Shown one piece after another: positions 9,935 to 19,398 of a stretch of 64,000 nucleotides of DNA. The translations under genes and the position numbers were made by a program. The stretch's first letter is position 1. Each line of letters begins with the position of its first letter. Location: contig JAJVHW010000006.1 in assembly GCA_022072415.1 (NCBI GenBank), positions 4,958 through 68,957 of the forward strand, in the 5' to 3' direction. The notes below the pieces were generated by a model. That model made no database searches. It had not been told where the DNA came from and saw only the letters and a list, made by a program, of their open reading frames with translations. This DNA is from Planctomycetota bacterium. GTDB lineage: Bacteria > Planctomycetota > JAJSAM01 > JAJVHW01.

Positions 9935-9968
9935 CGACGGCTCTCCGGCGCGGTCGCGGCGTGACGCC

Positions 9969-12071
9969 TCACCGCGACGGCTCGAGCCTTCCCGTCCCCT
10001 CGGTCGCCGTCCACGCCACCCGCGCGTCGCCGGCCGCCTCGGCGGGCACCTCGAAGGTCTCCGTCGCGCCCCAGGGCCACCGGACCGAGAGCCGGCGCAG
10101 ACGCCCGCCGCTCCCGAGCCCGAGGTGGACGCGCGTGTCCTCGCTGCCGCCGAAGGAGGAGCCGATCCGGACGTCGCGCACGATCGTCCCGCGCGCGCCG
10201 TCGGCGGCTTCCGTCACCGCGGTCACCTTCGCGCCGACGGCCACCGCCCCGTCCTTCCGCAGCACGCGGACCAGCGCCGCCCCGCCGCTCCCGCGGCCGT
10301 CGTTCCGCAGCACGACCGGCGCACCGTCGAGCACGGTCAGGACGAGATCGAGGTGCCCGTCGTCGTCGAGATCCGCGGCGAGGAGGCCTCGGTGCGCGCG
10401 CGGCACCGCCACGTCGCCCGCGTCGCTCGACACCTCGGTGAACCGGCCCGTGCCGTCGTTCCGCATCACGGCCGTGTGCTGGCGGTACGTCGTGTCGGGC
10501 GCCGCGGCGCGCACGTCGGGGTAGAGGTGCCCGTTGGCGTAGGCGAGGTCGAGGTCGCCGTCGTTGTCGAGGTCGGCGAACGACGCGCCCCAGCCCAGCG
10601 TCAGGAACCCGGGGCGGCCCACGCCGGACGCGCTCGTCACGTCGGCGAAGACCGGCGCGCCGGTCGCTCCCATCGAGCGGTAGAGGATGTTCGTCTCGTG
10701 GCTGAAGTTGGTGACGAAGAGGTCGGTCCGCCCGTCGCCGTCGGCGTCGCCCGCCGCGACGCCCATGCTCGCCTGCTCGGCGCCCTGTCCGTCGGACGCG
10801 CAGCCCGACTCGACCGCGGCGTCGCGGAAGCGCCCGCGTCCGTCGTTGAGGAGCAGCACGTTCTTCTGCGCGTCGGCCGCGACGTACACGTCCGGGTCCC
10901 CGTCGTCGTCGTAGTCGGCGACGACCGCCTGGAACGACCAGCGGCGGAGGTGCGGCGGAAGGCACGCGTCCGTGGCGTCGTCGAACGTGCCGTCGCCGCG
11001 GTTCAGGTACACGCGGTCGCGCTGCGGCTCGAGCGGCGCGGGGCCGCACGCGACCGGGAGCGATCGCCACGTGCAGGAGCGGCCGTGCGCCGACTCCTGC
11101 ATGAAGCGGTGCATGTTCGCGTAGTTCGCCACGTAGAGGTCGAGGTCGCCGTCGCCGTCGAAGTCGGACATCGCGGCCGACGTGCTCCACTCGTCCTCGC
11201 CGCCGCCGATCCCCGCGCCTTCGGACGCTTCGCGGAAGCGCATGCCCCCTTCGTTCAGGAACAGGCGGTTCCGGCCGAGGCACGCGACGTAGACGTCGAG
11301 CCGCCCGTCGCCGTTCACGTCCCCCGCCACGGCGCCGCAGCCCCATGCGTCGGCGCGGAGGCCGGACTGCCTCGACACGTCGGTGAAGCGGAATCCGCCG
11401 TCGTTCCGGTAGAGCCGCCAGGTCTCGCCGACCCGCTCGCCGCCGACCAGCGCGGCGGCGCCCGGGAAGAAGAGGTCGAGGTCGCCGTCGCCGTCCGCGT
11501 CGAACGCGCACGCGCCGTGCCCCGTGGTCTCGACCATCCAGTCCTTCGAGTCGAGGCGACCGCGGAGCGGCGCGGCGGTGATGCCCGACCCGCGCGTGAC
11601 GTTCGCGAACTGCGGGCCGTCGTAGCCGGGAACGTGCGGCGCGGCGAGCGCGTAGCCTTCGACGGGGTCCTCGGGGGTGGCGGGTCCGACGGTGCCCGAG
11701 TTCCAGGCCGCCCACCCGGCGACCGCGGCGAGGACCGCCGCGGCGGCCGCGGCGGCGCGCAGGCCCGCGCGACGCATCGGCGTCACCCGCCCCGCCGGGA
11801 GCGCGGACATCACGCGGGCCACGAGTGCGCGGTCGGCCTCGTGCTCCGACGCTGCGTCGGGGACGAGTTCGGCGCGGAGCAGGTCGGCCGTGGCGCGGAG
11901 CTCGTCGCGGAGCGCGGCGCAGTCCGGGCAGGCGGCGAGGTGCTCGACCATCGCCACGCGTTCGTGCGACGGGACTCCCGCCTCCTCGACGGGGATCGTG
12001 TCGCCGATCGTGCGCTCGAGCACGCGCTCCGCGGCGGCGCAGGCCGGCGGACGCGGGTCGCGGGCGGTCAC
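9969..12071 (-). CDS. Anti-sigma factor (zf-HC2, HLAACPDCAAL) fused through one TM helix to an extracytoplasmic FG-GAP/ASPIC-UnbV domain
   Basis: GTG start (VTARDPRPPACAAAERVLER) overlaps the sigma factor's stop (GTGA). One TM helix (AAAAAAVLAAVAGWAAW) is followed by DxDGDGxLD repeats and a C-terminal GSSFGGSEDTRVHLGLG. Confidence 0.75.
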   Translation of the reverse strand: MTARDPRPPACAAAERVLERTIGDTIPVEEAGVPSHERVAMVEHLAACPDCAALRDELRATADLLRAELVPDAASEHEADRALVARVMSALPAGRVTPMRRAGLRAAAAAAAVLAAVAGWAAWNSGTVGPATPEDPVEGYALAAPHVPGYDGPQFANVTRGSGITAAPLRGRLDSKDWMVETTGHGACAFDADGDGDLDLFFPGAAALVGGERVGETWRLYRNDGGFRFTDVSRQSGLRADAWGCGAVAGDVNGDGRLDVYVACLGRNRLFLNEGGMRFREASEGAGIGGGEDEWSTSAAMSDFDGDGDLDLYVANYANMHRFMQESAHGRSCTWRSLPVACGPAPLEPQRDRVYLNRGDGTFDDATDACLPPHLRRWSFQAVVADYDDDGDPDVYVAADAQKNVLLLNDGRGRFRDAAVESGCASDGQGAEQASMGVAAGDADGDGRTDLFVTNFSHETNILYRSMGATGAPVFADVTSASGVGRPGFLTLGWGASFADLDNDGDLDLAYANGHLYPDVRAAAPDTTYRQHTAVMRNDGTGRFTEVSSDAGDVAVPRAHRGLLAADLDDDGHLDLVLTVLDGAPVVLRNDGRGSGGAALVRVLRKDGAVAVGAKVTAVTEAADGARGTIVRDVRIGSSFGGSEDTRVHLGLGSGGRLRRLSVRWPWGATETFEVPAEAAGDARVAWTATEGTGRLEPSR

Positions 12072-12715
12072 TGTCCGTCCTCCATCCGTTCGCGGAGCTT
12101 CCGGAGCGCGCGGGAGATGCGCATCGCGACCGCGGGCGGCTGTTCGCCGAGTGCGGCGGCGATGTCCTTCACCGCCTGCCCTTCGCGGAATCGGAGGAGC
12201 AGGACGATCCGCGTCCTCTCGTCGAGCTCCGCCAGGTGTCCGAGCATGGTGCGCGTCTCCTCCGCCCGTTCCATCGCCGCGCCGGGAGCGGCGGCGCCGG
12301 GGTCGGCGAGTTCCTCGATCGTGCGGTCGGCGGAGTCGTCGCTCCCGCCGTCGCCGCCCCGTCCCGTCGCGGGGGCGAGCGGCCCCCCCGCCCGCCGCTT
12401 CCGGCGCCGGAGCTCCTCCAGCGCTCGGTGCGTGGCGATGGTCGAGAGCCACCCCGCGAACCGTTCCGGGTCGGCGAGCGACGGCAGGCGTTCGAACGCG
12501 GCGAGGAAGACATCCTGCGCCGCGTCCTCGGCCTCCGGCGACCTGCCGAGCCGGGCCGTGACGAGCGCGCGCACGACGCCCGCGTACTTCTCCGCGAGCC
12601 GCCCGAACGCGGAGCGGTCGCCCCCCCTTGCGAGGAGGACGAGCTCGGCGTCCTCGGCGAACCCGGCGGGAGCGTCGGTCATCGTGCGCCCGGCGTCCGT
12701 GCCCGGCCTGTGCAT
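12068..12715 (-). CDS. ECF (sigma-70 family) RNA polymerase sigma factor
   Basis: Region 2 (LLARGGDRSAFGRLAEKYAGVVRALV) and region 4 (EGQAVKDIAAALGEQPPAVAMRISRALRKLRE) are recognisable. It is translationally coupled to the anti-sigma gene. Confidence 0.85.
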   Translation of the reverse strand: MHRPGTDAGRTMTDAPAGFAEDAELVLLARGGDRSAFGRLAEKYAGVVRALVTARLGRSPEAEDAAQDVFLAAFERLPSLADPERFAGWLSTIATHRALEELRRRKRRAGGPLAPATGRGGDGGSDDSADRTIEELADPGAAAPGAAMERAEETRTMLGHLAELDERTRIVLLLRFREGQAVKDIAAALGEQPPAVAMRISRALRKLRERMEDGQ

Positions 12716-13042
12716 GGGAGGATGCTCCCCGACCCGCGCCGCAACACCGAGGGGAAGGGGACGCCCCGGCCGGACCCCATCCGCACCCCGAGCCTCGCAT
12801 CCGGCGCCGCCCCGCGACTCCCCGCACCCCCCCCCTGCCAGCCGCTTCCAACGAACCCGCGCCCAGACCCGCCGGGGGCGACGACGTCAGCCAGGTCTTC
12901 GGACGTCCGCAGGAAGCGAACAGGCTGTCGTGATCACTACAGATCCGCAGGCGCTCATCGCCCCGCCCGGCGTGCAGTCAGGGCAACGGGGCGACGCGAA
13001 CGGGAGCTTTCGAGTGTTTGAGAGCCGTCCCCGTTGGCCCGC

Positions 13043-13516
13043 TCATCCATCCTCTCCCCAGGCCCCATTGGACTCGGAGCAAAGGAAGACCGTTCGCCCC
13101 GGATACAACCCAAACGGATCTCGAATGATAACGTACCTTCCACCCAATCCCGGTCCCCAATCCGGGCGTGGCTCAATAAACCTAAACAGCGTGGGCCGAA
13201 GATCGATGCGCTCAGGTGCGATATCCATGACATTCATTCGAAGATACCCGCTCACGGCCGCGCTATGAGAGATTCGATGTTTCAACGTTTGCCCAGACAG
13301 TATCGACAACACGATCGCGATCACTCCCGCCGGACCGGAAACAATGGAGAACGATCGGACTAACAGCGACGACTTCCTGCACCTGTTCGCAAATGGCACA
13401 AACCACAAGAATGCAGCGATGGCGACTGCAATCACCGCGCCCGTGCGCGCGAATACCCAGGCAAGCATGAACGAAAGCAGCGTCCCGATCAACAGACGAA
13501 ACGTCCACTTATGCAT
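13043..13516 (-). CDS. Hypothetical membrane protein (low-GC cargo ORF)
   Basis: MHKWTFRLLIGTLLSFMLAWVF...AVAIAAFLWFVPF has 3-4 hydrophobic segments. Codon usage is atypical of the host. Confidence 0.45.
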   Translation of the reverse strand: MHKWTFRLLIGTLLSFMLAWVFARTGAVIAVAIAAFLWFVPFANRCRKSSLLVRSFSIVSGPAGVIAIVLSILSGQTLKHRISHSAAVSGYLRMNVMDIAPERIDLRPTLFRFIEPRPDWGPGLGGRYVIIRDPFGLYPGRTVFLCSESNGAWGEDG

Positions 13517-13699
13517 TGGCGGTACCTACTTACTCCTAAGCCTCTTCCACGTGATCGATCCACTTGAGCCGCATCCAGGAGCCGAGTTTCGACATCCGAA
13601 CCACACCGGCTTGTTGCCGCGTAGATGCCCGAAGAGCAGTGCGTACATGCAACACTCCTTGCAGCATTTTGACTGCCTCTCCTTGGACGCGCAGTTTCG

Positions 13700-14617
13700 A
13701 CCGCATCTGTGGTGTGCCAAGAAACGATTCCGGTTTGACGAGGGCGTTCACCGGACACCTCGGGTTCGTCTGATGAGTCCGAGTTCCTCCATCGATGCAT
13801 AGATCGCTTCACGCCGCGCCTTGCGCCGCGCTCGCTCCGATTCGACGCCCGGCAGGGCCTCGGCGAGACGACGGCTGAGGGTCGCGAGGAAGCGTTCACG
13901 AGTCCCAGCATCGTACCAACCCGTCAAGTCCGCGTCCGCCGCCGAGGCCGTCCTGTACCCGAGCCCTCTGCGCAGCCGCCGTTCGTCGAGCAGCGTTCTT
14001 GCCTTCTCGATGCGTGCACGGACCGGGGCGGCGTCGTTCACGACGACACCGCGGCCGAGACCCGTCTCCTCCTTCAGCTCGCGGTTCGTCCTCTCGACCC
14101 ACGCGCTGTGCTGCGGCGTGTGCGGCAGCAAGAGCGGATGCACGACGCCCTGCTCCTTCAGCCACTCCTCGACCGTCCCGCACCTGTAGATCGGGCCGTT
14201 GTCCGTCACAAGCACGAGCGGCAGGCGGCCGCGCTCCACGGCGATCCGCGTGAGGAGTCGCACGACCGCGTCGCCGTCCGCCGGAGCGCCGACCTCGGCG
14301 GCGAGGATCCTCGGCGTCGACACCTCGCGCACCACCTGCCCCTCGACCGCCTCCCCGCCTTCGGTGCGCGCGAGGTGCGTTCCGTCCATCGACCACATCA
14401 CGTCGCGGCCCCCGACCTCTACCGATGTGCGGTGTTCGGCCGCGTGCCCGCGCCGCTGCCTGCGGCGGCTCTGCTTGATCTCGGCGAGGCACTGCCGCAC
14501 GAGGCAGATCGTGAACTTCCGCCAGAAGTCCGGGACCGCCGACGTGCTCGACATCCACGCGCGCCTCGCCACGGCTCTTGAGAGGCTCCGCGAGCGCCAG
14601 CGCCGCACCTGACACAC
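13700..14617 (-). mobile_element. IS copy A: one terminus (TGTGGTGTGCCAAGAAACGATTCCGG) plus an N-terminally truncated rve/DDE transposase (13748..14617)
   Basis: The integrase core is recognisable (MWSMDGTHL, LVLVTDNGPIY, HSAWVERTNRELK). The N-terminal HTH is missing. Confidence 0.7.
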
Positions 14618-14671
14618 CGCCGGGTCCGGTGACTACGTGTCCTCTCCCACCGCGGGCGCACCTACCAGAGC

Positions 14672-14905
14672 GTGAAGGCGAGCCTGCGGATCACCCTCCG
14701 CCGGGCCGGGCTCGGCGACCGCCACGACCTCACGTTCCACAGCTTCCGCCACAGCTTCGCGACGTACTTCCTGGAGCGCGCCGGGGCGGTCACGGACCTC
14801 CAGCAGCAGCTCGGGCATGCGGACCTGAGCACGACGCAGATCTACGCGACGGGGGTCTCGGCGCGGCGGCGGGAGGCGGTGATGGGGATGGAGTTCGGCG
14901 GGTGA
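14672..14905 (+). pseudogene. C-terminal fragment of a tyrosine recombinase/phage integrase
   Basis: It contains [13 protein letters not shown]...[13 protein letters not shown] (the H-x-x-R, H and Y catalytic box). Only 77 aa remain, abutting IS copy A. Confidence 0.6.
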
Positions 14906-15005
14906 AGGGGAGCACGTCCGCATCCCGCTCCCGGACGCCCGAGGTGACGATCATCCGTCAGAAAGCAACCGAATGTCGTAATCCGTAGCCTGGAAACCGA
15001 TGTCA

Positions 15006-15413
15006 TCAACGTCCCGCCGGAACTCTGAATGACACCTCGCCGCGCGAGTTTGCACCCTCAATGGTCGGCTCACCCGCGTCGTCAAATCCGATCACAATTC
15101 GGGAGCCGGTGCCAGACAGCAGCTCCAACGCTGGGGAGTTGCCCCCACCGCCACGAGCGACCATCAGCCGGGCGTACGACTTGTGGTCTGGACCAATGAC
15201 CCCAACCGATGATCGTCCATGCTCCTGACTCCACTCCATAAACGCAATCTGGCGTGGCTCCGCCTCGTTTCCCACGCACAGCTGGCGGCGCGAGCTCTCG
15301 CCGAGCAGCGTGACGGTACGGTGCAGTCTTCGGAACTCGCGGAGTGCGCCGATCGAGGACACGACAATCAGGACCCCAAGAGTAGCCAACCAGAACATCG
15401 TCGCTCGAGTCAC
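15006..15413 (-). CDS. Hypothetical N-terminally membrane-anchored protein (low-GC cargo ORF, GTG start)
   Basis: GGAGGTGAG lies 8 nt before the GTG start. The anchor is MFWLATLGVLIVVSSIGAL. Confidence 0.5.
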   Translation of the reverse strand: MTRATMFWLATLGVLIVVSSIGALREFRRLHRTVTLLGESSRRQLCVGNEAEPRQIAFMEWSQEHGRSSVGVIGPDHKSYARLMVARGGGGNSPALELLSGTGSRIVIGFDDAGEPTIEGANSRGEVSFRVPAGR

Positions 15414-15549
15414 TCAACTCACCTCCGGTCGGGATCGAACTAGTGCCTTCTAGCCTTCATGAGATGCTAGTCAATCGAAAAGCCAGTTCCAGACCTTTGT
15501 CCAGATGCTGTCTCCGCCCGTATGTTCCTCGACGACTGGCTCGACCTCT

Positions 15550-15842
15550 AGGTCCGCAACAGCAGCACAGACGCGAGCAACGTCTCGATCGCCGCCTTTG
15601 ACCTCTACGGCGCGGGTCTCCGGCTGAAGAAGACCTCCTTCGGGAACGGCAACACCTCTGAGCTCGTCTACGACGGCTTCCGCCGCCCGGTCGAGATCAA
15701 CCACAAGCTCTCGGGGGGCAGCGAGTTCGCGGGGCAGGACTGCGCCTGGGACAAGAACGACAACCCCCTCATGGAGAAGCGGAGCCACGAGTCCGGGAAG
15801 GGCGACGTCTACACCTACGACAACCCTCAAGTTGATTGTTGA
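15550..15842 (+). pseudogene. RHS/YD-repeat protein fragment (no start codon)
   Basis: Translation gives AAFDLYGAGLRLKKTSFGNGNTSELVYDGFRRPVEINHKLSGGSEFAGQDCAWDKNDNPLMEKRSHESGKGDVYTYDNPQVDC, which carries YD-repeat motifs. It is a high-GC segment embedded in low-GC DNA. Confidence 0.55.
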
Positions 15843-15904
15843 GAGCGTCCCACTTGGCAACTCTTGACCGTACCCCGGCGCGACTGGCCCGGGTGAGTAT
15901 GACG

Positions 15905-16347
15905 CTACTTCTGCCCGGGTGAGTATCCGCTTGCGGGCGGCTCGGAGACGATGACGACAGAGGGCTCAACTACACGGCATTCAACTTTCAAGTCACGAAA
16001 AGCGTCACGAAGCCGAACAACGCCCGCGGGTCGCTTCGCCTCAAGGAGGCACTCCCCCGACACGGGAAACCCCAAGCGCTCCTTGATGCGACCGATCAAA
16101 GCTGTTGCACCGTAGCGATGAATCTCCGTCAACTTCAGATACTCCGAATCACCGACTTCCATCCACTGTCCGCGCCCACTCATCGCTAGCCCCCCGACTC
16201 CATGAACATCAACACAGAGATCTGTATCCCCACGTAGATGGGCGTTGTGATGCACCCAATAAGTGTGTTCATCGATGAACACCCACAGCGCGACGACGGC
16301 CGCCGTCGTGACCACTACAATCTTCAGCAACAGTCGGCGGTTCACAC
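15905..16347 (-). CDS. Hypothetical membrane-anchored protein (low-GC cargo ORF)
   Basis: MRVNRRLLLKIVVVTTAAVVALWVF is the likely anchor. Upstream codons of ORF 15905..16603 are alternate-frame IS sequence. Confidence 0.4.
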
Positions 16348-16404
16348 GCATGCCAGCTCTCGAGTGTGACTCATGAAGTGTGATGCATGAAGATAGCTCG
16401 CTTG

Positions 16405-16880
16405 AGCGACCTGTGGTGTGCCAAGAAGCGATTCCGGTTTGACGAGGGCGTTCACAGGTCACCTCGGGTTCGTCTGATGAGTCCGAACTCCTCCGTCGAC
16501 GCGAAGATCGCTTCACGCCGCGCCATGCGCCGCGCACGCTCCGATTCGAGGCCCGGCAGGGCCTCGGCGAGACGACGGCCGAGGGTCGCGAGGAAGTGCC
16601 CACAAGTCCCCGGATCGTACCACCTCGACACGTCGGCGTCCGCCGCCCCCGTCGTGCGCCGGCCGAGGCCGCGGTGGCGCCGCTCCTCGTTCAGCACACG
16701 GCGCGAGCACTCGATCCGTTCCCCAGCCTCGGCGGGCGTCCTCACGACGACCCCGCGGCCGCGGCCGGACACCTCCCTCAGCTCACGGTCCGTCCGCTCG
16801 CCCCGCGCGCTCTGCTGCGGCGTGAACGCCAGCGACAGCAGGTGCACGCGGGCATCGCTCAGGAAGTCCTCGTCCATGTC
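16405..16880 (-). mobile_element. IS copy B: same terminus plus a C-terminal 140 aa transposase fragment (16452..16877)
   Basis: The fragment is about 90% identical to copy C and about 75% to copy A. It is truncated within the TPQHSA codons. Confidence 0.65.
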
Positions 16881-17063
16881 ACCTCCGACGCCGGAGGTGA
16901 GCGTCAGTCGCGGGCGTCGAGTTGCGGTCAGCCCGGCGCGTCACGGGCGGAAGTGAGGAACGCGCGATGCCCGGCACGGCCCGGCTCGGCCGGCGGGTAC
17001 CTGGCACCGAGTGCATCACCGAGCGGTGGGTTTGTACCTGGCTCCGCATGACATGGCTCCGTG

Positions 17064-17684
17064 TTACCGCGAACCGACGCACGAAAGCTCCACTCGGATC
17101 AGCGCGTCTCCCCGAACATCAATGACGTCCTTTGAGATGTATCCGCGAGCCACCCCCCGAGAGAGGGATGAAACGTAGACCCAGAACTGCCCCCTTCGAG
17201 CCGTCGGGAACACGACGCCCTGTCGGTACACCTTCGCATTCATCACGCACCTGTGCCGGAGCTCGCTTGAACTCAGTCCGCGCACGTCATCGACTGACTT
17301 GCGAGGGATCAGTCCAGCGACTTCGGATTCGCCACCTTTCGGTAATGGACGCCGAACCAGTCTCAGCTCGACGCGGACGCCCCGAGCCAACGTGATCGAA
17401 ACGTGCACTGTCCGACCTTGAACTACAAGCCGAATGCTCCGCGCTTGATACGTCGACAAGTCTTTCACGGAGACAAGACGTAGCGACTCGCGGCCCGCTA
17501 TCACCTCAGCAAATCTCGGGGAGCCCTCACAGAGGGCTGTGAACTGACCCCGCGCATCCGTTTCGCAACGATACTCCGACAGCCACGCGCCGTCGGACGC
17601 GGTGAACGTGACTGCCACCTGCGCACACTCTACTGGAGTGCCGCTTCGACTGAGTACTCGTCCAACGACCGCGGTCGAACGCAT
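17064..17684 (-). CDS. Hypothetical protein with a carboxypeptidase-regulatory-like beta-sandwich N-terminus
   Basis: GAGGTGAG lies 6 nt before the ATG. The motif GTPVECAQVAVTFTASDG...TDARGQFTA resembles a CarboxypepD_reg domain. Confidence 0.45.
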   Translation of the reverse strand: MRSTAVVGRVLSRSGTPVECAQVAVTFTASDGAWLSEYRCETDARGQFTALCEGSPRFAEVIAGRESLRLVSVKDLSTYQARSIRLVVQGRTVHVSITLARGVRVELRLVRRPLPKGGESEVAGLIPRKSVDDVRGLSSSELRHRCVMNAKVYRQGVVFPTARRGQFWVYVSSLSRGVARGYISKDVIDVRGDALIRVELSCVGSR

Positions 17685-17744
17685 CAGCGCTCACCTCGCA
17701 TGAGTGCCCGCAACATGCGCACATTATGCCTCACAGGAAACACT

Positions 17745-18470
17745 GTGGTGTGCCAAGAAACGATTCCGGTTTGACGAGGGCGTTCACCGGTCACCTCGGG
17801 TTCGTCCGATGAGTCCGAACTCCTCCGTCGACGCGAAGATCGCTTCACGCCGCGCCATGCGCCGCGCACGCTCCGATTCGAGGCCCGGCAGGGCCTCGGC
17901 GAGACGACGGCCGAGGGTCGCGAGGAAGCGTCCACAAGTGCCCGGATCGTACCACCTCGACACGTTGGCGTCCGCCGCCCCCGTCGTGCGCCGGCCGAGG
18001 CCGCGGCGGCACCGCTCCTCGTTCAGCACGCGGCGCGAGCACTCGATCCGTACACCGGCCTCGGCGGGCGTCCTCACGACGACCCGGCGGCCGAGGTCGG
18101 ACGCCCTCTTCCGCTCACGGTTCGTCCGCTCGACCCGCGCGCTGTGCTGCGGCGTGTGCGGCCCGGTCTGGACGTGCGCGGCGCCTCGCCGCGCGGAGTG
18201 CATCGCGCCGCAGACGAGAGCGAGGGTCGTGCCGAACCGCCTTGCGGCGTCTGCCCAGGTCGTGCTGCGTGACGTGGCGTGGAGCGCGTGGAGTTCGTGG
18301 GTCGTCAACGCGCGACGGGATTCCGCTGCGAGCGCGGCGCATTGCGCGGCATGGACAGCGACATTGAGTGCCTCCCGTTCCCGGCCCCGCGGCCCCGCGG
18401 TCCCGTCGTCGCCGGCGCGCGGCCGCTGTGCCCGGGGGGAGCGCGGCTCGGCTCCCCGCTCCACCGCAGC
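17745..18470 (-). mobile_element. IS copy C: same terminus plus a truncated transposase fragment
   Basis: HTPQHSARVERTNRE...GLIGRTRGDR matches copies A and B. The breakpoint lies within 6 nt of copy B's breakpoint. Confidence 0.65.
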
Positions 18471-18513
18471 GGAACGTGACGTTCGCCCCCCGCCGCCGTC
18501 CTACACTCCGGCC

Positions 18514-19398
18514 ATGTCCACCGGCGCGCCTTCCGCCCCCGTCCGTCCCAGCTTCGCCGGGATCGTCCGCGTCCGCACCGGGCTCGACATCTACGTCGAA
18601 CGGCACGGCGAGCGCGGGCGGCCCCCGGTCATGCTCCTCATGGGCACCGGCGCCGACCACTCGCTCTGGAACGCCCAGGTCGAAGCGTACACGCGCGAGT
18701 TCGAGCTCGTCGTCATCGACTCCCGGGGGACCGGACGATCGACCCGTCCCGACGACCCGCGCACCTGCACGCCCCGGGCGATGGCCGAGGACGCGCTCGG
18801 CGTGCTCGACGCGCTCGGGATCGGCCGCGTCCACCTGGGCGGCCTGTCTCTGGGGTCCGCCGTCGCGCAGGAGGCCGCGCTCCTGGAACCCGACCGCCTG
18901 CTCTCGCTCTCCCTCCACGGCGCATGGGCGCGGAGCGACGAGTGGTTCCGCCGCTGCATCGACACGCTCGAGTACCCCGCCGCGCGAGGCGACGTGAAGG
19001 CGTACCTCCGCGCCGGGCTGATGTGGGTGCTCTCCCCGCACTTTCTCGCGACCGAACCGCCGGCGGTGGCCGACATCGAGCGCACGTACGTGGACGAGAA
19101 CCCACATCCGCCCTCCGGTCCGGGCATCTGCGGCCACACGCACGCCGACAAGATGCACGACACGCTCGATCGGCTCCCGTCGATCCGCGTCCGTACGCTG
19201 GTGACCGCGGGCGAGATGGACATCATCACGCCGCCCCGCTACGGCGAGGTCGTCGCCCGCTCGATCCCCGGCGCGCGCTACCACCTCTTCCGCGGCCCGC
19301 TCTCGTCGCACTGCGCGTGCATCGAGATGGCCGACGAGTGGAACCGCGTGACGCTCGCGTTCCTGCGGGGGGACGCGGTGGGCGAAGTCCTCGGATGA
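18514..19398 (+). CDS. Alpha/beta-fold hydrolase
   Basis: The nucleophile elbow HLGGLSLGSAV (GxSxG) is present, along with the conserved segment LLMGTGADHSLW. Confidence 0.8.
   Translation: MSTGAPSAPVRPSFAGIVRVRTGLDIYVERHGERGRPPVMLLMGTGADHSLWNAQVEAYTREFELVVIDSRGTGRSTRPDDPRTCTPRAMAEDALGVLDALGIGRVHLGGLSLGSAVAQEAALLEPDRLLSLSLHGAWARSDEWFRRCIDTLEYPAARGDVKAYLRAGLMWVLSPHFLATEPPAVADIERTYVDENPHPPSGPGICGHTHADKMHDTLDRLPSIRVRTLVTAGEMDIITPPRYGEVVARSIPGARYHLFRGPLSSHCACIEMADEWNRVTLAFLRGDAVGEVLG

Larger units (their letters stand above)
12950..18480. mobile_element. Low-GC accessory island carrying three partial IS copies, an integrase fragment, an RHS fragment and small cargo ORFs
   Basis: GC content drops abruptly (for example 13100-13700 and 15850-16400) between high-GC flanks at about 12950 and 18480. 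The island contains repeated IS termini and recombinase fragments. Confidence 0.6.

Noticed and set aside
9634-13268. ORFs 9634..11715(-), 10125..13268(+), 11677..12561(+) and 11825..13021(+)
   Set aside because: They are alternate frames across the anti-sigma/FG-GAP and sigma genes, with low-complexity Arg/Pro/Ala composition.
13489-17935. ORFs 13489..13911, the N-terminal half of 15905..16603, and 17684..17935, sharing the peptide SSRPSAVVSPRPCRASNRS...
   Set aside because: These are the same repeated IS-terminal sequence translated in a non-transposase frame.
17704-19311. The 5' 270 codons of ORF 17704..19398, and ORFs 18115..19311(-) and 18591..19229(-)
   Set aside because: The upstream part is translation across IS copy C. 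The true hydrolase starts at MSTGAPS (18514). The antisense ORFs are GC artefacts.
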